DNA of 62,322 nt from Candidatus Omnitrophota bacterium (GCA_043797665.1 JAZDPL010000043.1:1-62322); one strand, 5' to 3'. Shown: positions 42,163 through 52,058, counted from the first letter of the stretch. The notes: generated from the letters alone by a model not told the origin. Translations and numbers: made by a program.

Positions 42163-42250
42163 ATCTAAGTGACCCCACACCTTAAAACAATTGTAAATCC
42201 TCAGTAAACGCCATTGGCTGGGTATGATGTGGCGTAAATATTCACTCAAC

Positions 42251-42312
42251 CACGTGCCTGCACGCCGAAGTGCAGCGTTTCGGCATGCAGGCGTGTCATT
42301 CCCGCGGATCTC
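42251..42312. repeat. Palindrome CACGTGCCTGCA...TGCAGGCGTG followed by a GTCATTCCCGCG half-element
   Basis: Inverted arms visible in the intergenic sequence. Confidence 0.6.
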
Positions 42313-42359
42313 GCCGTTATACTGTAAACCGACACAATAATATTAAGTCCAACAAACCA

Positions 42360-42388
42360 TTGACAGCTAACCACCAGTAAGTTATCAT
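42360..42388 (+). promoter_or_regulatory. Sigma70-type promoter of the TA operon
   Basis: TTGACA, 17 bp spacer, TATCAT. GAGGAGG RBS downstream. Confidence 0.7.
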
Positions 42389-42419
42389 TATAAAAGCACC
42401 TAACCCGAGGAGGTATGCT

Positions 42420-42653
42420 ATGCAGGTTATAGAAGCTCAGGTCGTAGATGAATCTCATTTAAAACTAATGAGCCCTATTCAAGTTCCGTGCGGTTCAAAA
42501 TTGTTTATTTCTATTACGACGTCAGAGTCAGATAAAGAATATAAGGAATGGGTTGAAATGTCCTCCCAATACCTTCAATCAGCCTATGGGCCTGATGAAC
42601 CGGACTATTCATTGGAGAGAATTAAAATTCCTAATCCCGAATTTAAACTATGA
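42420..42653 (+). CDS. Putative antitoxin (DUF104/AF2212-like)
   Basis: Small protein upstream of and overlapping the toxin. Acidic C-terminus AYGPDEPDYS. Confidence 0.65.
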   Translation: MQVIEAQVVDESHLKLMSPIQVPCGSKLFISITTSESDKEYKEWVEMSSQYLQSAYGPDEPDYSLERIKIPNPEFKL

Positions 42654-42994
42654 ATGAAGGTGATGTGCTATTAACGCCAATATCTCAAGCAGATGGACGG
42701 GTTAAGAATCGTCCAATTGTAGTTTTACGCAAGATGCCACCATATGATGACTTGCTGGTATGCGGCGTAAGCACGCAATTGCATCAGTTTGTTCCTGATT
42801 TTGATGAATTAATTACCTCTAAAGAACCAGATTTTGCGTCAAGCGGCTTGATGAAGAATTCGATTATTCGATTGGGCTTTCTCGCTGTGATGCCGAGTAA
42901 AATGATGGTGGGGAGTATAGGTTCTATTGCACCAGAGCGTCATAAAAGATTGTTACAGCGGTTGAGTGCGTATTTGGTTGAGAATTTGGAATAG
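42650..42994 (+). CDS. PemK/MazF-family toxin
   Basis: GDVLL..ISQADGRVKNRPIVVL, VCGVST, SGLMKNSIIR. Confidence 0.8.
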   Translation: MNEGDVLLTPISQADGRVKNRPIVVLRKMPPYDDLLVCGVSTQLHQFVPDFDELITSKEPDFASSGLMKNSIIRLGFLAVMPSKMMVGSIGSIAPERHKRLLQRLSAYLVENLE

Positions 42995-42997
42995 CCC

Positions 42998-43054
42998 GCC
43001 TAACAAATCACTTCAGCCGATCTCGTATTTCGGCGGCTGAGTTCGCTGTTAACC
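42998..43054 (+). mobile_element. Integron attC-like recombination site
   Basis: GCCTAAC (RYYYAAC) 4 bp after the toxin stop, inner arms TCAGCCG / CGGCTGA, terminal GTT core, 57 bp. Confidence 0.7.
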
Positions 43055-43057
43055 ATT

Positions 43058-43216
43058 GTAAATACTCACTGAACACCGTTTACTCCCTCGTTATATCGGG
43101 CACAAAAATGTAGGGGCTCAATTTATTGAGCCCGAGTAGGGGCTTGATTCATCAAGCCCGCGTATTCGGGTCGGATGAATCCGACCCCTACACTAACGGG
43201 GTTCACTGAATATTCG
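43058..43216. mobile_element. MITE-like composite: imperfect inverted ends AATA(C/T)TCA(C/G)TGAAC enclosing three GTAGGGG-family REP hairpins
   Basis: Left end GTAAATACTCACTGAAC, right end GTTCACTGAATATT, REP units at 43110-43191. Confidence 0.6.
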
Positions 43217-43238
43217 GCTTTGTAACCGTGAAAGGGAA

Positions 43239-46200
43239 ATGATTATGGTTTCAGATTTAACGTTTATTACCAACGAAAAGGACCGGAGTCTCCTGGAAAG
43301 ATTTCGGGTACTCATCAAAGATACCTCGTTCTTTGATGTTTTAGTGGGCTATTTTTATGCGAGTGGTTTTTATGCAATGTATAAGTCGTTAGAAACAACC
43401 AAAAAGATAAGAATTTTAATCGGCATAAGTACAAACAGGGAAACTACAAGACTTATCCAGGAGGTAAGAAGCGGAGACCAACCCACCCTTCAATTTTCAC
43501 ACGCAGAGGCCAAGGAAAAAATAGGCGACTATGTAGCCGAAGAAATGGAAAAATCAGAAGACAACCCCAACGTTGAAACAGGTGTTTTAAAGTTCGTTGA
43601 ATGGTTAAGGGACGGAAAACTTGAAATCAGGGCTTACCCAAGCGAAAATCTCCACGCCAAGCTTTACATTATGACCTTTGTCGAAGGTGATAGGGATAAA
43701 GGGAGGGTTATAACCGGTTCCAGTAACTTTACCCGAGCCGGTCTCAGGGATAATTTGGAATTCAACGTGGAACTGAAAAACCGGGCTGACTATGATTTTG
43801 CCCTGCAAAAGTTTAACGAACTCTGGAGGGACGCGGTTGATGTGAGAGAAAAATACCTTGAAACCATCCAGACAAGAACCTGGCTTAACAATACGATTAC
43901 TCCGTACGAATTGTATCTAAAGTTTTTGTACGAATATTTCCAGGAAGACCTCAGCCGGCCAGAGGAATTATTTTACCAATATGTCCCATCGGAATTCCTG
44001 AAACTTGAGTATCAGGAGCAGGCGGTTTTAAACGCCAAAAAAATTTTGGAAGAATACGGAGGCGTTTTTATCTCTGACGTTGTTGGACTCGGAAAGACCT
44101 ATGTTTCGGCAATGCTGGCTAACCAGATTGATGGAAGGACGTTGGTAATGGCTCCACCGGTACTTCTGGAGAAGGATACCCCGGGTTCCTGGCCGAACGT
44201 TTTTTCAGATTTCAGAATCCCGGCGGATTTCGAGTCCCTCGGAAAACTGGACCATCTTATTAAAAGGGGGACCGAGAAATACAAGAACATTATTATTGAC
44301 GAAGCACATAGATTCAGGACCGAGACCAACATAACCTATGAAAAACTCGCCCAAGTCTGCCGGGGCAAAAGGGTGATTCTCGTAACCGCAACTCCTTACA
44401 ATAACGCACCGAAAGATATCTTAAGCCAGATTAAACTTTTCCAGAAATCAAGAAAGAGTACCATTCCAAACCTTCCGGATTTGGAAAAATTCTTTTCCGG
44501 CTTGGAAAAGAGACTCAAGGGTCTTGACCGCCAACGGAATCAAGGCGAGTATGTGCGCGTCGTTAAGGAGACCGCCAAAGAAATTAGAGAGAAAGTTCTT
44601 AAATACTTAATGGTGCGCCGGACACGCTCCGAAATTGAACGCTATTTTGCCGGTGATCTGGCCCGCCAGAACTTAAAATTCCCGGAAGTGGCCGACCCCG
44701 AACCGATATATTACGAGTTAAACGAAGAAGAAGATAAAACGTTCAGCCATACGATCGAGTTAGTCGCCAAAAAATTCAAATATGCCCGTTATACCCCCCT
44801 GCTGTATTATCGCGGAGATGACCTTGACCAATTGGAACTTCAATCCCAGCAAAATATGGGTAAATTTATGAAAATCCTGTTGGTTAAAAGGCTGGAGAGT
44901 AGTTTTTACGCTTTCAAAAGAACGCTCCAGCGGTTCATTACATCTTACGAATGTTTTTTGCGAGAGTTCCAAAAAGGCCACGTTTATGTCAGCAAAAAGC
45001 ACACCAATAAAATCTTTGAATTTTTGGAAAATGATGACGATGAAGCAATCCAGCGGCTTATAGATGAAGACAAGGCAAAGAAGTATACCGCCGATGAATT
45101 CAATAAGGAGTTCCAGATGGACCTGCAATATGATTTGGACATTCTTCGGGAAATAGAGAAACTCTGGCAAAATATCAAGCGAGACCCAAAAGTTATTGCG
45201 TTTAAGAAAAAGATTGATTCCCGGAAACTCCTGAAGGAACAAAAACTCATTATTTTCACAGAGTCAAAAGAGACAGCCGAATACTTAGAGGGGCAGTTTC
45301 AGCAGGCATATCCGGGCCAGGCGATACTTTTTTCCGGAAGTTCCAGCGCTGAAATCAGGTCAAAGGTTTCGGCAAATTTTGATGCCCGCAGTCGTATTCC
45401 AAAGGACGATTTCCGAATTCTCATTACAACCGAAGTCCTGTCTGAAGGCGTTAACCTTCACCGCTCCAACGTGGTTATTAACTACGATATTCCCTGGAAT
45501 CCCACTCGTTTAATGCAGCGCGTCGGCCGCATCAACCGCGTTGACATAAAATTTCCTAAAATTTACAGTTTCAACTTTTTTCCGACCAAGCAGTCCAACG
45601 ATGAAATCAAACTGAAAGAGGCGGCCGAGGCAAAGATACACGCTTTCATTTCCATGCTTGGTTCTGACGCGCGTTTACTTACCGACGGCGAACATATTGA
45701 ATCTTTCGAACTTTTTAATCGCCTGCTGTCCAAAAAGACTATTACCGGTGAGGATGAGGCAGAAGAAAGCGAACTGAAGTATCTGCAGGTTATAAAGGAA
45801 ATACGCGACAAAAAGCCGGATTTATTTGAGAAAATTAAGCGTCTTCCAAAAAAAGCAAGAACCGCCAGATTAAATGAGGAAATTAGTCCTTCTCTTTTAA
45901 CTTACTTTCGCAAAGGCAAACTCCAGAAATTTTTCCAGGTGAGCGGATATGGCGAACCGGCAGAACTTGATTTCATTTCTACCGCAAAGACGCTTGAATC
46001 TGAACCCGAAACAAGGCGAAGGGAGCCGGGAAAAGATTTTTACTCGTTACTTGATAAAAACAAAAAATCATTTGAACTCGCCACCCTTGAAGAAGTACCT
46101 GATATGCACCCGAGGGGCGGTCGCGACAGCGCCGCACAGGTTTTGAGAATCCTGAAGACAAAAGAAATAGGACAGTTCAAGGGTTATACTGAAGATGATG

Positions 46201-46442
46201 AAGTTTATATCAAGACGGTAATCAAAGAACTTGAAGAAGGCGGTTTGCCAAAGCAAACAACTAAAACGCTGGCAAATAGAATCAAGAAGGAACTGCAGAA
46301 CGGTGTAAATCCATTAAAAATCCTCGCCATTCTTCGTATGAATATTCCTCCGGAATTCTTAAAGAAGACGATTACCGAAAGTGCGGCTCAAACATCAGGT
46401 CCGCGGGAGGTAATTTTATCCGAATATCTTGTAAAGGAATAG
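43239..46442 (+). CDS. PLD-nuclease + SNF2-like helicase fusion (restriction-modification associated)
   Basis: VGYFY, HAKLYI...GSSNFT (PLD), DVVGLGKT, DEAH, TATP, SEGVNL, NYDIPWNPTRLMQRVGRINR. Confidence 0.9.
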   Translation: MIMVSDLTFITNEKDRSLLERFRVLIKDTSFFDVLVGYFYASGFYAMYKSLETTKKIRILIGISTNRETTRLIQEVRSGDQPTLQFSHAEAKEKIGDYVAEEMEKSEDNPNVETGVLKFVEWLRDGKLEIRAYPSENLHAKLYIMTFVEGDRDKGRVITGSSNFTRAGLRDNLEFNVELKNRADYDFALQKFNELWRDAVDVREKYLETIQTRTWLNNTITPYELYLKFLYEYFQEDLSRPEELFYQYVPSEFLKLEYQEQAVLNAKKILEEYGGVFISDVVGLGKTYVSAMLANQIDGRTLVMAPPVLLEKDTPGSWPNVFSDFRIPADFESLGKLDHLIKRGTEKYKNIIIDEAHRFRTETNITYEKLAQVCRGKRVILVTATPYNNAPKDILSQIKLFQKSRKSTIPNLPDLEKFFSGLEKRLKGLDRQRNQGEYVRVVKETAKEIREKVLKYLMVRRTRSEIERYFAGDLARQNLKFPEVADPEPIYYELNEEEDKTFSHTIELVAKKFKYARYTPLLYYRGDDLDQLELQSQQNMGKFMKILLVKRLESSFYAFKRTLQRFITSYECFLREFQKGHVYVSKKHTNKIFEFLENDDDEAIQRLIDEDKAKKYTADEFNKEFQMDLQYDLDILREIEKLWQNIKRDPKVIAFKKKIDSRKLLKEQKLIIFTESKETAEYLEGQFQQAYPGQAILFSGSSSAEIRSKVSANFDARSRIPKDDFRILITTEVLSEGVNLHRSNVVINYDIPWNPTRLMQRVGRINRVDIKFPKIYSFNFFPTKQSNDEIKLKEAAEAKIHAFISMLGSDARLLTDGEHIESFELFNRLLSKKTITGEDEAEESELKYLQVIKEIRDKKPDLFEKIKRLPKKARTARLNEEISPSLLTYFRKGKLQKFFQVSGYGEPAELDFISTAKTLESEPETRRREPGKDFYSLLDKNKKSFELATLEEVPDMHPRGGRDSAAQVLRILKTKEIGQFKGYTEDDEVYIKTVIKELEEGGLPKQTTKTLANRIKKELQNGVNPLKILAILRMNIPPEFLKKTITESAAQTSGPREVILSEYLVKE

Positions 46443-46443
46443 C

Positions 46444-49400
46444 ATGGACAAAACCGAGGCGGCGCGCCGGGTCAGGGAGACACTCCAGGATAGTTTCAAT
46501 AAAGAACGTTTCGTCTATTTCGTTAAAGAACTTCTGAATAAAATTGATGAGTCAAAAGCATTTCACGTCCACGGGTACGTTCCGGAAATATTCAAGGATT
46601 ACGTAAAAACCTACGAGCGGATTGGAACCTATACGGACCCGGAGGGTAAAAAAGCCGATATTTTAATCGTTTACCTCCAGAAGGAAACGAACCTTGCCCG
46701 CGCCCGAACCGCCCAGCGCAATTTTGCCGCCCGTTATCTTAAAGACCGCGGGGAGAAAGACGCCGGTCTTATTGCTTTTGTCTCACCTGACCAGGAAGAC
46801 TGGCGGTTTTCCTTTGTTGGGATGGAGTACCGGTTTGAACAGACACCCCAAGGCACAGTCAAAATAAAAGAAGAATTTACTCCTGCCCGACGGTATTCAT
46901 TTCTGGTTGGCAAAAACGAAAATAGTCATACCGCGCAGAGTTGTTTACTGCCCATTTTGGAAGACGATGTACGCAATCCAACCCTTAAGCAGATAGAAGA
47001 AGCATTCAGCATTGAAAAGGTCACCAGGGAATTTTTTGAAAATTACCGCGGACTTTTCTTAAGAACAAAGGAATCTCTTGATGAAATAGTTCAGAATAAT
47101 TCATTGATTCAAAAAGATTTTAGCGATAAAGGGGTTGAAACTATTGACTTTGCTAAAAAACTGCTTGGACAAATTGTATTCTTATATTTCCTGCAAAAGA
47201 AGGGCTGGTTTGGGGTTGAAAGAAATAAACTCTGGGGAACCGGCCCGAAAAACTTCCTGCGCCAACTGTTCGAAAAGAAACACGGGGATTACAGGGATTT
47301 CTTTAATGATATCCTGGAGCCGCTTTTCTACGAGGCCTTAGCGGACGGAGAACGCAGCAAGGATTTTTACAGTCGTTTCAATTGCAAAATACCGTTTCTT
47401 AATGGCGGACTTTTTGACCCAATTAATAACTATGATTGGGTTGATACCGACGTATGCTTACCGGACGAACTATTTTCTAACAGTTTAACGACGAGGGAAG
47501 GCGATGTCGGCAGCGGCATCCTTGATATTTTTGACCGCTATAATTTTACCGTCCGGGAAGACGAACCGTTGGAAAAGGAAGTAGCGGTTGACCCGGAAAT
47601 GTTGGGAAAGGTATTTGAAAACCTTCTGGCAGTAAAAGACCGCAAGGCAAAAGGAACCTACTACACTCCCCGCGAGATTGTCCATTATATGTGCCAGGAA
47701 AGCCTAATCAACTACCTAACCACCGAACTTTCAACATCTGTCATTGCGAGGGGTGAAGCCCCGCGGCAATCTCCCACCCGGGAAGATATTGAAACCCTTA
47801 TCAAGCACGGTGAAACAGCCGTTGAACACGACAGACGGGTTAAGAAAAAGGGCAGGGAAACCAAGGACTATTCCTACAAACTTTCCGAGTCCATTCGTAA
47901 TAATGCGGAACTTGTTGACGAAAAACTAAAAAACATCCGCGTCTGCGACCCGGCAGTCGGCTCCGGCGCTTTCCTGGTTGGTATGATGAGCGAAATCGTG
48001 AAGACCAGAAACGCACTCACCGTTTATCTCAAAGGATGTCAGTCTAACCTTTCCCCAAGTGTCATTCTGAGCAATAGCGAAGAACCCCGTGGTCGAACTT
48101 TCTACGACTTTAAGCATCACGCAATTCAAAACTGTCTCTACGGTGTTGACATTGACCCGGGTGCGGTGGAAATTGCCAAACTCCGGCTCTGGCTCTCCCT
48201 GGTGGTTGACGAGGAAGACATTAGGAAAATCAAACCATTGCCGAATCTGGATTACAAGATAATGCAGGGTAATAGTTTGCTTGAGGAATACGAGGGCATA
48301 AAACTCATTGACGAGCGTTTTTTTGAAAAGGAGGAGAGCCAGGGCGAAGCGATTGGGAAACTTAAGGATAAACAGAGCGATTTGCAGGGTGAATACATAA
48401 ACCTACATGGTAAGAGCCAACTCAGCCCGATACGGAAACAGCAGATAGAGCATAAACTTAAAGAGATAACCAGACAAATCCAAAATTTACAACAGGGTAG
48501 AGGAGAAACGCCTCAGCACGGTATGTTTGCAGTCAGCGAACCCAGGAAAAAGGCGGAACAAATCTTAGACCTTAAACAGAAGTTTTTTGAAATCTCACAG
48601 AAAACCGCAAAAGATAAGTTAAAAAAGGAGATTGAAAACCTGTCTTGGGAACTGATTGAAGCCACTCTAAAAGAACAGGGAAAACAGGATAAGATTGAGG
48701 ATATTGTTCGATTTCGGAAAGCAAACATCAAGCCATTCTTTTTGTGGAAACTCCATTTCGCTGAAGTATTTCAGGAGAAAGGCGGTTTTGATGTAGTGAT
48801 AGCAAATCCGCCGTATGTGAGCGCAATTAAATTTGTTGCTTCCTGCAACATTCAGGATCGGAAGAATTTCAACTCCATTTTCGAAACTGCCAAGGGGGCG
48901 TATGATCTTTATGTCCTATTTTTTGAAAGAGGTATTAAATTACTGCACGATGGTGGTGTATTATCCTTCATAAGCCCCAACAAATATTTGTCCGCGAATT
49001 ATGCAATAGCTTTGAGGGAATTCATTTTAAAGAATGCATCCTTAAACCAACTTGTCGACATTTCCGGAATTGCTGTTTTTGATCAAGTAGCCATTTATCC
49101 TGTACTCACTTTCATAAACAAGGGGTATCTTACTTCAGGCAATACCATAAAGCTTCTTTTGCCTAAAGTCGAAAGATTGGAAAAGTTTGGTCCTCAGAGC
49201 TTCAAATCTTTGATAGTTGATTCAGACGCGCTACGCAGCCTCCCAGAGAATCTGTGGGGGTTTTTGCTATCTGACCATTTAGCTCTACTTTTAAAACTAA
49301 TAGAGGGCACAGAACCATTATCATCATTGGGCTACATAAATGCTTCCTCAACCGCTTCCGAGTCTGACGAGTATAGCAAGTTTATTGCTAATCATCCTTC

Positions 49401-50028
49401 TGGCAGGAGTTTAAGAATCATCAATACAGGAACAATAGACCCTTATATTTCGTTGTGGGGAGTATCTGAATTCACCAACAAGGGAAAAAAGTTCCTCACT
49501 CCTTATTTGACAATCGGCAAGAAGAACATCAGTGAGCGTCGCATGCGATTGTATTTTAAGCAAAAAATCATATTTGCAAAAATGGCTAAGAGATGCGAAG
49601 CATTCCTTGATATAGGTGGAGAGTATGCGTCTCTTAATACTAATTTCTTTTTTGATCCAAAACCCGGAGTATCCCTTAAATACATAACCGCCTTCTGTAA
49701 CTCAAGAATGTTTATGTTTTTATACAGTCAATTTTTTGGTGCTCTTCGTATGAGTGGTGGTTATTACCAATTTCAGTCTCCACAACTACGGGTTATTCCA
49801 ATAAGAAAACCATCAATGGATGTTCAATCTAAATTTGACCAAATAATTGATGAAATATTGGCAGTTACAAGACTTGGGAATTATTTTTCCAGCTCTGATA
49901 AACAGGCTAAGGTTAAGGAATATGAGCACCAGATTGACCTGATGGTTTACAAACTTTATGGCTTGCCGCCGGAGGAGATTGAAATCGTGGAGAATTTTAA
50001 TAATAGGGAGCAACAAAAAAGGGCATAA
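46444..50028 (+). CDS. Eco57I/TaqI-like N6-adenine DNA methyltransferase with C-terminal TRD (type IIG-like)
   Basis: PFLNGGLF, GTYYTP, CDPAVGSGAF, GVDID, GFDVVIANPPY, IDLMVYKLYGL. Confidence 0.92.
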   Translation: MDKTEAARRVRETLQDSFNKERFVYFVKELLNKIDESKAFHVHGYVPEIFKDYVKTYERIGTYTDPEGKKADILIVYLQKETNLARARTAQRNFAARYLKDRGEKDAGLIAFVSPDQEDWRFSFVGMEYRFEQTPQGTVKIKEEFTPARRYSFLVGKNENSHTAQSCLLPILEDDVRNPTLKQIEEAFSIEKVTREFFENYRGLFLRTKESLDEIVQNNSLIQKDFSDKGVETIDFAKKLLGQIVFLYFLQKKGWFGVERNKLWGTGPKNFLRQLFEKKHGDYRDFFNDILEPLFYEALADGERSKDFYSRFNCKIPFLNGGLFDPINNYDWVDTDVCLPDELFSNSLTTREGDVGSGILDIFDRYNFTVREDEPLEKEVAVDPEMLGKVFENLLAVKDRKAKGTYYTPREIVHYMCQESLINYLTTELSTSVIARGEAPRQSPTREDIETLIKHGETAVEHDRRVKKKGRETKDYSYKLSESIRNNAELVDEKLKNIRVCDPAVGSGAFLVGMMSEIVKTRNALTVYLKGCQSNLSPSVILSNSEEPRGRTFYDFKHHAIQNCLYGVDIDPGAVEIAKLRLWLSLVVDEEDIRKIKPLPNLDYKIMQGNSLLEEYEGIKLIDERFFEKEESQGEAIGKLKDKQSDLQGEYINLHGKSQLSPIRKQQIEHKLKEITRQIQNLQQGRGETPQHGMFAVSEPRKKAEQILDLKQKFFEISQKTAKDKLKKEIENLSWELIEATLKEQGKQDKIEDIVRFRKANIKPFFLWKLHFAEVFQEKGGFDVVIANPPYVSAIKFVASCNIQDRKNFNSIFETAKGAYDLYVLFFERGIKLLHDGGVLSFISPNKYLSANYAIALREFILKNASLNQLVDISGIAVFDQVAIYPVLTFINKGYLTSGNTIKLLLPKVERLEKFGPQSFKSLIVDSDALRSLPENLWGFLLSDHLALLLKLIEGTEPLSSLGYINASSTASESDEYSKFIANHPSGRSLRIINTGTIDPYISLWGVSEFTNKGKKFLTPYLTIGKKNISERRMRLYFKQKIIFAKMAKRCEAFLDIGGEYASLNTNFFFDPKPGVSLKYITAFCNSRMFMFLYSQFFGALRMSGGYYQFQSPQLRVIPIRKPSMDVQSKFDQIIDEILAVTRLGNYFSSSDKQAKVKEYEHQIDLMVYKLYGLPPEEIEIVENFNNREQQKRA

Positions 50029-50033
50029 CTTAT

Positions 50034-51857
50034 ATGGCATTGAATGATTATGAAACAATTGTTTCAAATCTTAAATCCTCGACTCTTGTCTTAGCGGGAC
50101 CCGGCGCTGGCAAAACCTATTTCTTGGCTGATAGGATCAAGCGTCTTTTGGCCAATGGTACAGACAAAGGTATTGTAACTGTACTCACGTTTGGAAAAGA
50201 TGCAAATCAACATATGATTAATAAACTTACTGAACCGAGCGGTTTTAATATTTTATTTAGTGAACTACCCCTATATATCTCTACAATGCACAAGTTAGGT
50301 TTAGAAATAGTAAAAGAAAAACCTCGCGACGTTAATTTGCTCAAAACCGACCTCAAGGTTCAGGAAAACGAAAATGTAAAACGATTAATGTATCGAGATG
50401 CAGCTTTAATACTTGGTTATACTGAAGACGATAGTAGAGAAGCTCTTGAATGTAAGCAATATGGTGATTGTAAAGAAAACTCCGAAGAAAAAAAATGCCA
50501 AATATGTGAGGAGTATTGGAAAATAATGTCGAAATGTAATTATATAGATTTTGATGATCAAATCCTTTTTGCTTGTCGTATACTAAAGAAAAATCCTACT
50601 ATTCTCAAAAAATATCAATCCCGAGCAAAACATTTGTTAGTTGATGAATATCAGGATATCAATACAGCACAATTTAGACTAATAGAGTTGCTTAGTAGAG
50701 AGTCCAGAAATGGGCTTTTCGTAGTCGGAGATGATGCTCAAAGTATCTACGGATTCCGCGGTGGCAATCCTAAATTCATCTTGCGTTTTGGAGAAGATTT
50801 CCCTAGTTCAGAAACTCTACCATTAGCATATAGTCGAAGGTGCCATGAAAAAATAATGCAAGACGCCATTAAAGTTTTAAAAAAATACTACACCAATTGG
50901 ACCGGTGAACAAAAATTAGAATATAAAATGTCAAGCGGTGAAGAGCCTTGTATATGGCAATTACCTAGCGAACTTTCAGAAGCAGAGATGGTTGCTAAAA
51001 TTGCTCGGCGATTTATCCAAGAGAAAAAAAGTATTTTGATACTGGTGCCAAAGAGAGAATTTTTCCCCTTGATTACTCAAGAACTATCTAAACGAGGTAT
51101 AGCATATAGTTGTCCAATAAGTTTTTTGCCTGAAAGAGTGAAAATTGCAAAGCTGTTTATAGATTGGGCAACAATTCCTTCCGATAGATTTAAAACACGA
51201 TTAGTTATTGAAGAACTTATAAATAAAGGCATTGCACATGTCCCGGGTGCAAAAAAGGGTAAAGGAACTACTCAAGAAACTATTAAGAAACGAATTATAG
51301 AAGAAACTGAGATTGCTAAACTATGGGAACATGTTGATAAGGAAAACGATCTATTTTCGGTCATTAAAAACCTAAAAGAACCCAATAAAACCCTTGTAAA
51401 AATTCGGGATGGACTTTTGAATTTGAGTGATTTATTTATTAATTTTAAAAAAGAAAAGTGTGGTGAGTTTATCAAACAGTTGACAGTCATATCTGGCATC
51501 TGGTGTGAGCCATCAAAATTAATGGAGGACATAACAAAAATAACAGAATTACTCAATTCCCAAAGTGCCACAGGTTTAGGATGGGTACAGTTGAATACTA
51601 TGAAAAAAGCCAAAGGTCTTGAAGCGGATGTTGTAATTATGGTAGGTTTAGAAGATGATATAGTACCTGATCCTAGGAGCGATCCTATAGAAGAAGCCCG
51701 TTTATTTTACGTTTCCATGACTCGTGCAAGGGAAAAACTATTTCTTTTTCATTCTTATAAAAGACCTCGTAACATATCATACGGCGATAGTTTAATGGAT
51801 AAACCGAGGTCCAAATTTCTTGAAACTATAGGCAGAAAAAGTGAATGGAAAAAATAG
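50034..51857 (+). CDS. UvrD/Rep-like SF1A helicase, short form, AT-rich
   Basis: AGPGAGKT, STMH, DFDD, VDEYQD, VGDDAQSIYGFRG, KAKGLE, EEARLFYVSMTRA. Confidence 0.92.
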   Translation: MALNDYETIVSNLKSSTLVLAGPGAGKTYFLADRIKRLLANGTDKGIVTVLTFGKDANQHMINKLTEPSGFNILFSELPLYISTMHKLGLEIVKEKPRDVNLLKTDLKVQENENVKRLMYRDAALILGYTEDDSREALECKQYGDCKENSEEKKCQICEEYWKIMSKCNYIDFDDQILFACRILKKNPTILKKYQSRAKHLLVDEYQDINTAQFRLIELLSRESRNGLFVVGDDAQSIYGFRGGNPKFILRFGEDFPSSETLPLAYSRRCHEKIMQDAIKVLKKYYTNWTGEQKLEYKMSSGEEPCIWQLPSELSEAEMVAKIARRFIQEKKSILILVPKREFFPLITQELSKRGIAYSCPISFLPERVKIAKLFIDWATIPSDRFKTRLVIEELINKGIAHVPGAKKGKGTTQETIKKRIIEETEIAKLWEHVDKENDLFSVIKNLKEPNKTLVKIRDGLLNLSDLFINFKKEKCGEFIKQLTVISGIWCEPSKLMEDITKITELLNSQSATGLGWVQLNTMKKAKGLEADVVIMVGLEDDIVPDPRSDPIEEARLFYVSMTRAREKLFLFHSYKRPRNISYGDSLMDKPRSKFLETIGRKSEWKK

Positions 51858-51959
51858 GTTGCTGGATGTCTAAATATATCGGGGACGGTTCTGGTTTGGG
51901 GTTAAGGTGATGCTACTTGATAATTATGACAGTATTGAAATATAAACCATAATACCAAA

Positions 51960-52020
51960 CAATCCAAAGTCAGAAGAATGCGAACGCCGGATTGATCGGA
52001 TGGTTTATAAACTCTATGGG
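51960..52020 (+). pseudogene. Degenerate remnant of an MTase 3' end
   Basis: Encodes QSKVR/ECERRIDRMVYKLYG with a +1 shift, versus QAKVKEYEHQIDLMVYKLYG at 49903-49962. Confidence 0.75.
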
Positions 52021-52058
52021 GCAGAACGGCGAAAGCCGAGAAATGGGGGGTATAAGAA

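Noticed and set aside
43110..43191. CRISPR array
   Set aside because: The units are palindromic REP hairpins in mixed orientation with no unique spacers, and there are no cas genes. The AddB nuclease is Cas4-like in fold only.
43239..51857. DISARM, BREX or Gabija
   Set aside because: Hallmark partners (DrmA/DrmB, BrxC/PglZ, GajA OLD nuclease) are not found in the window.
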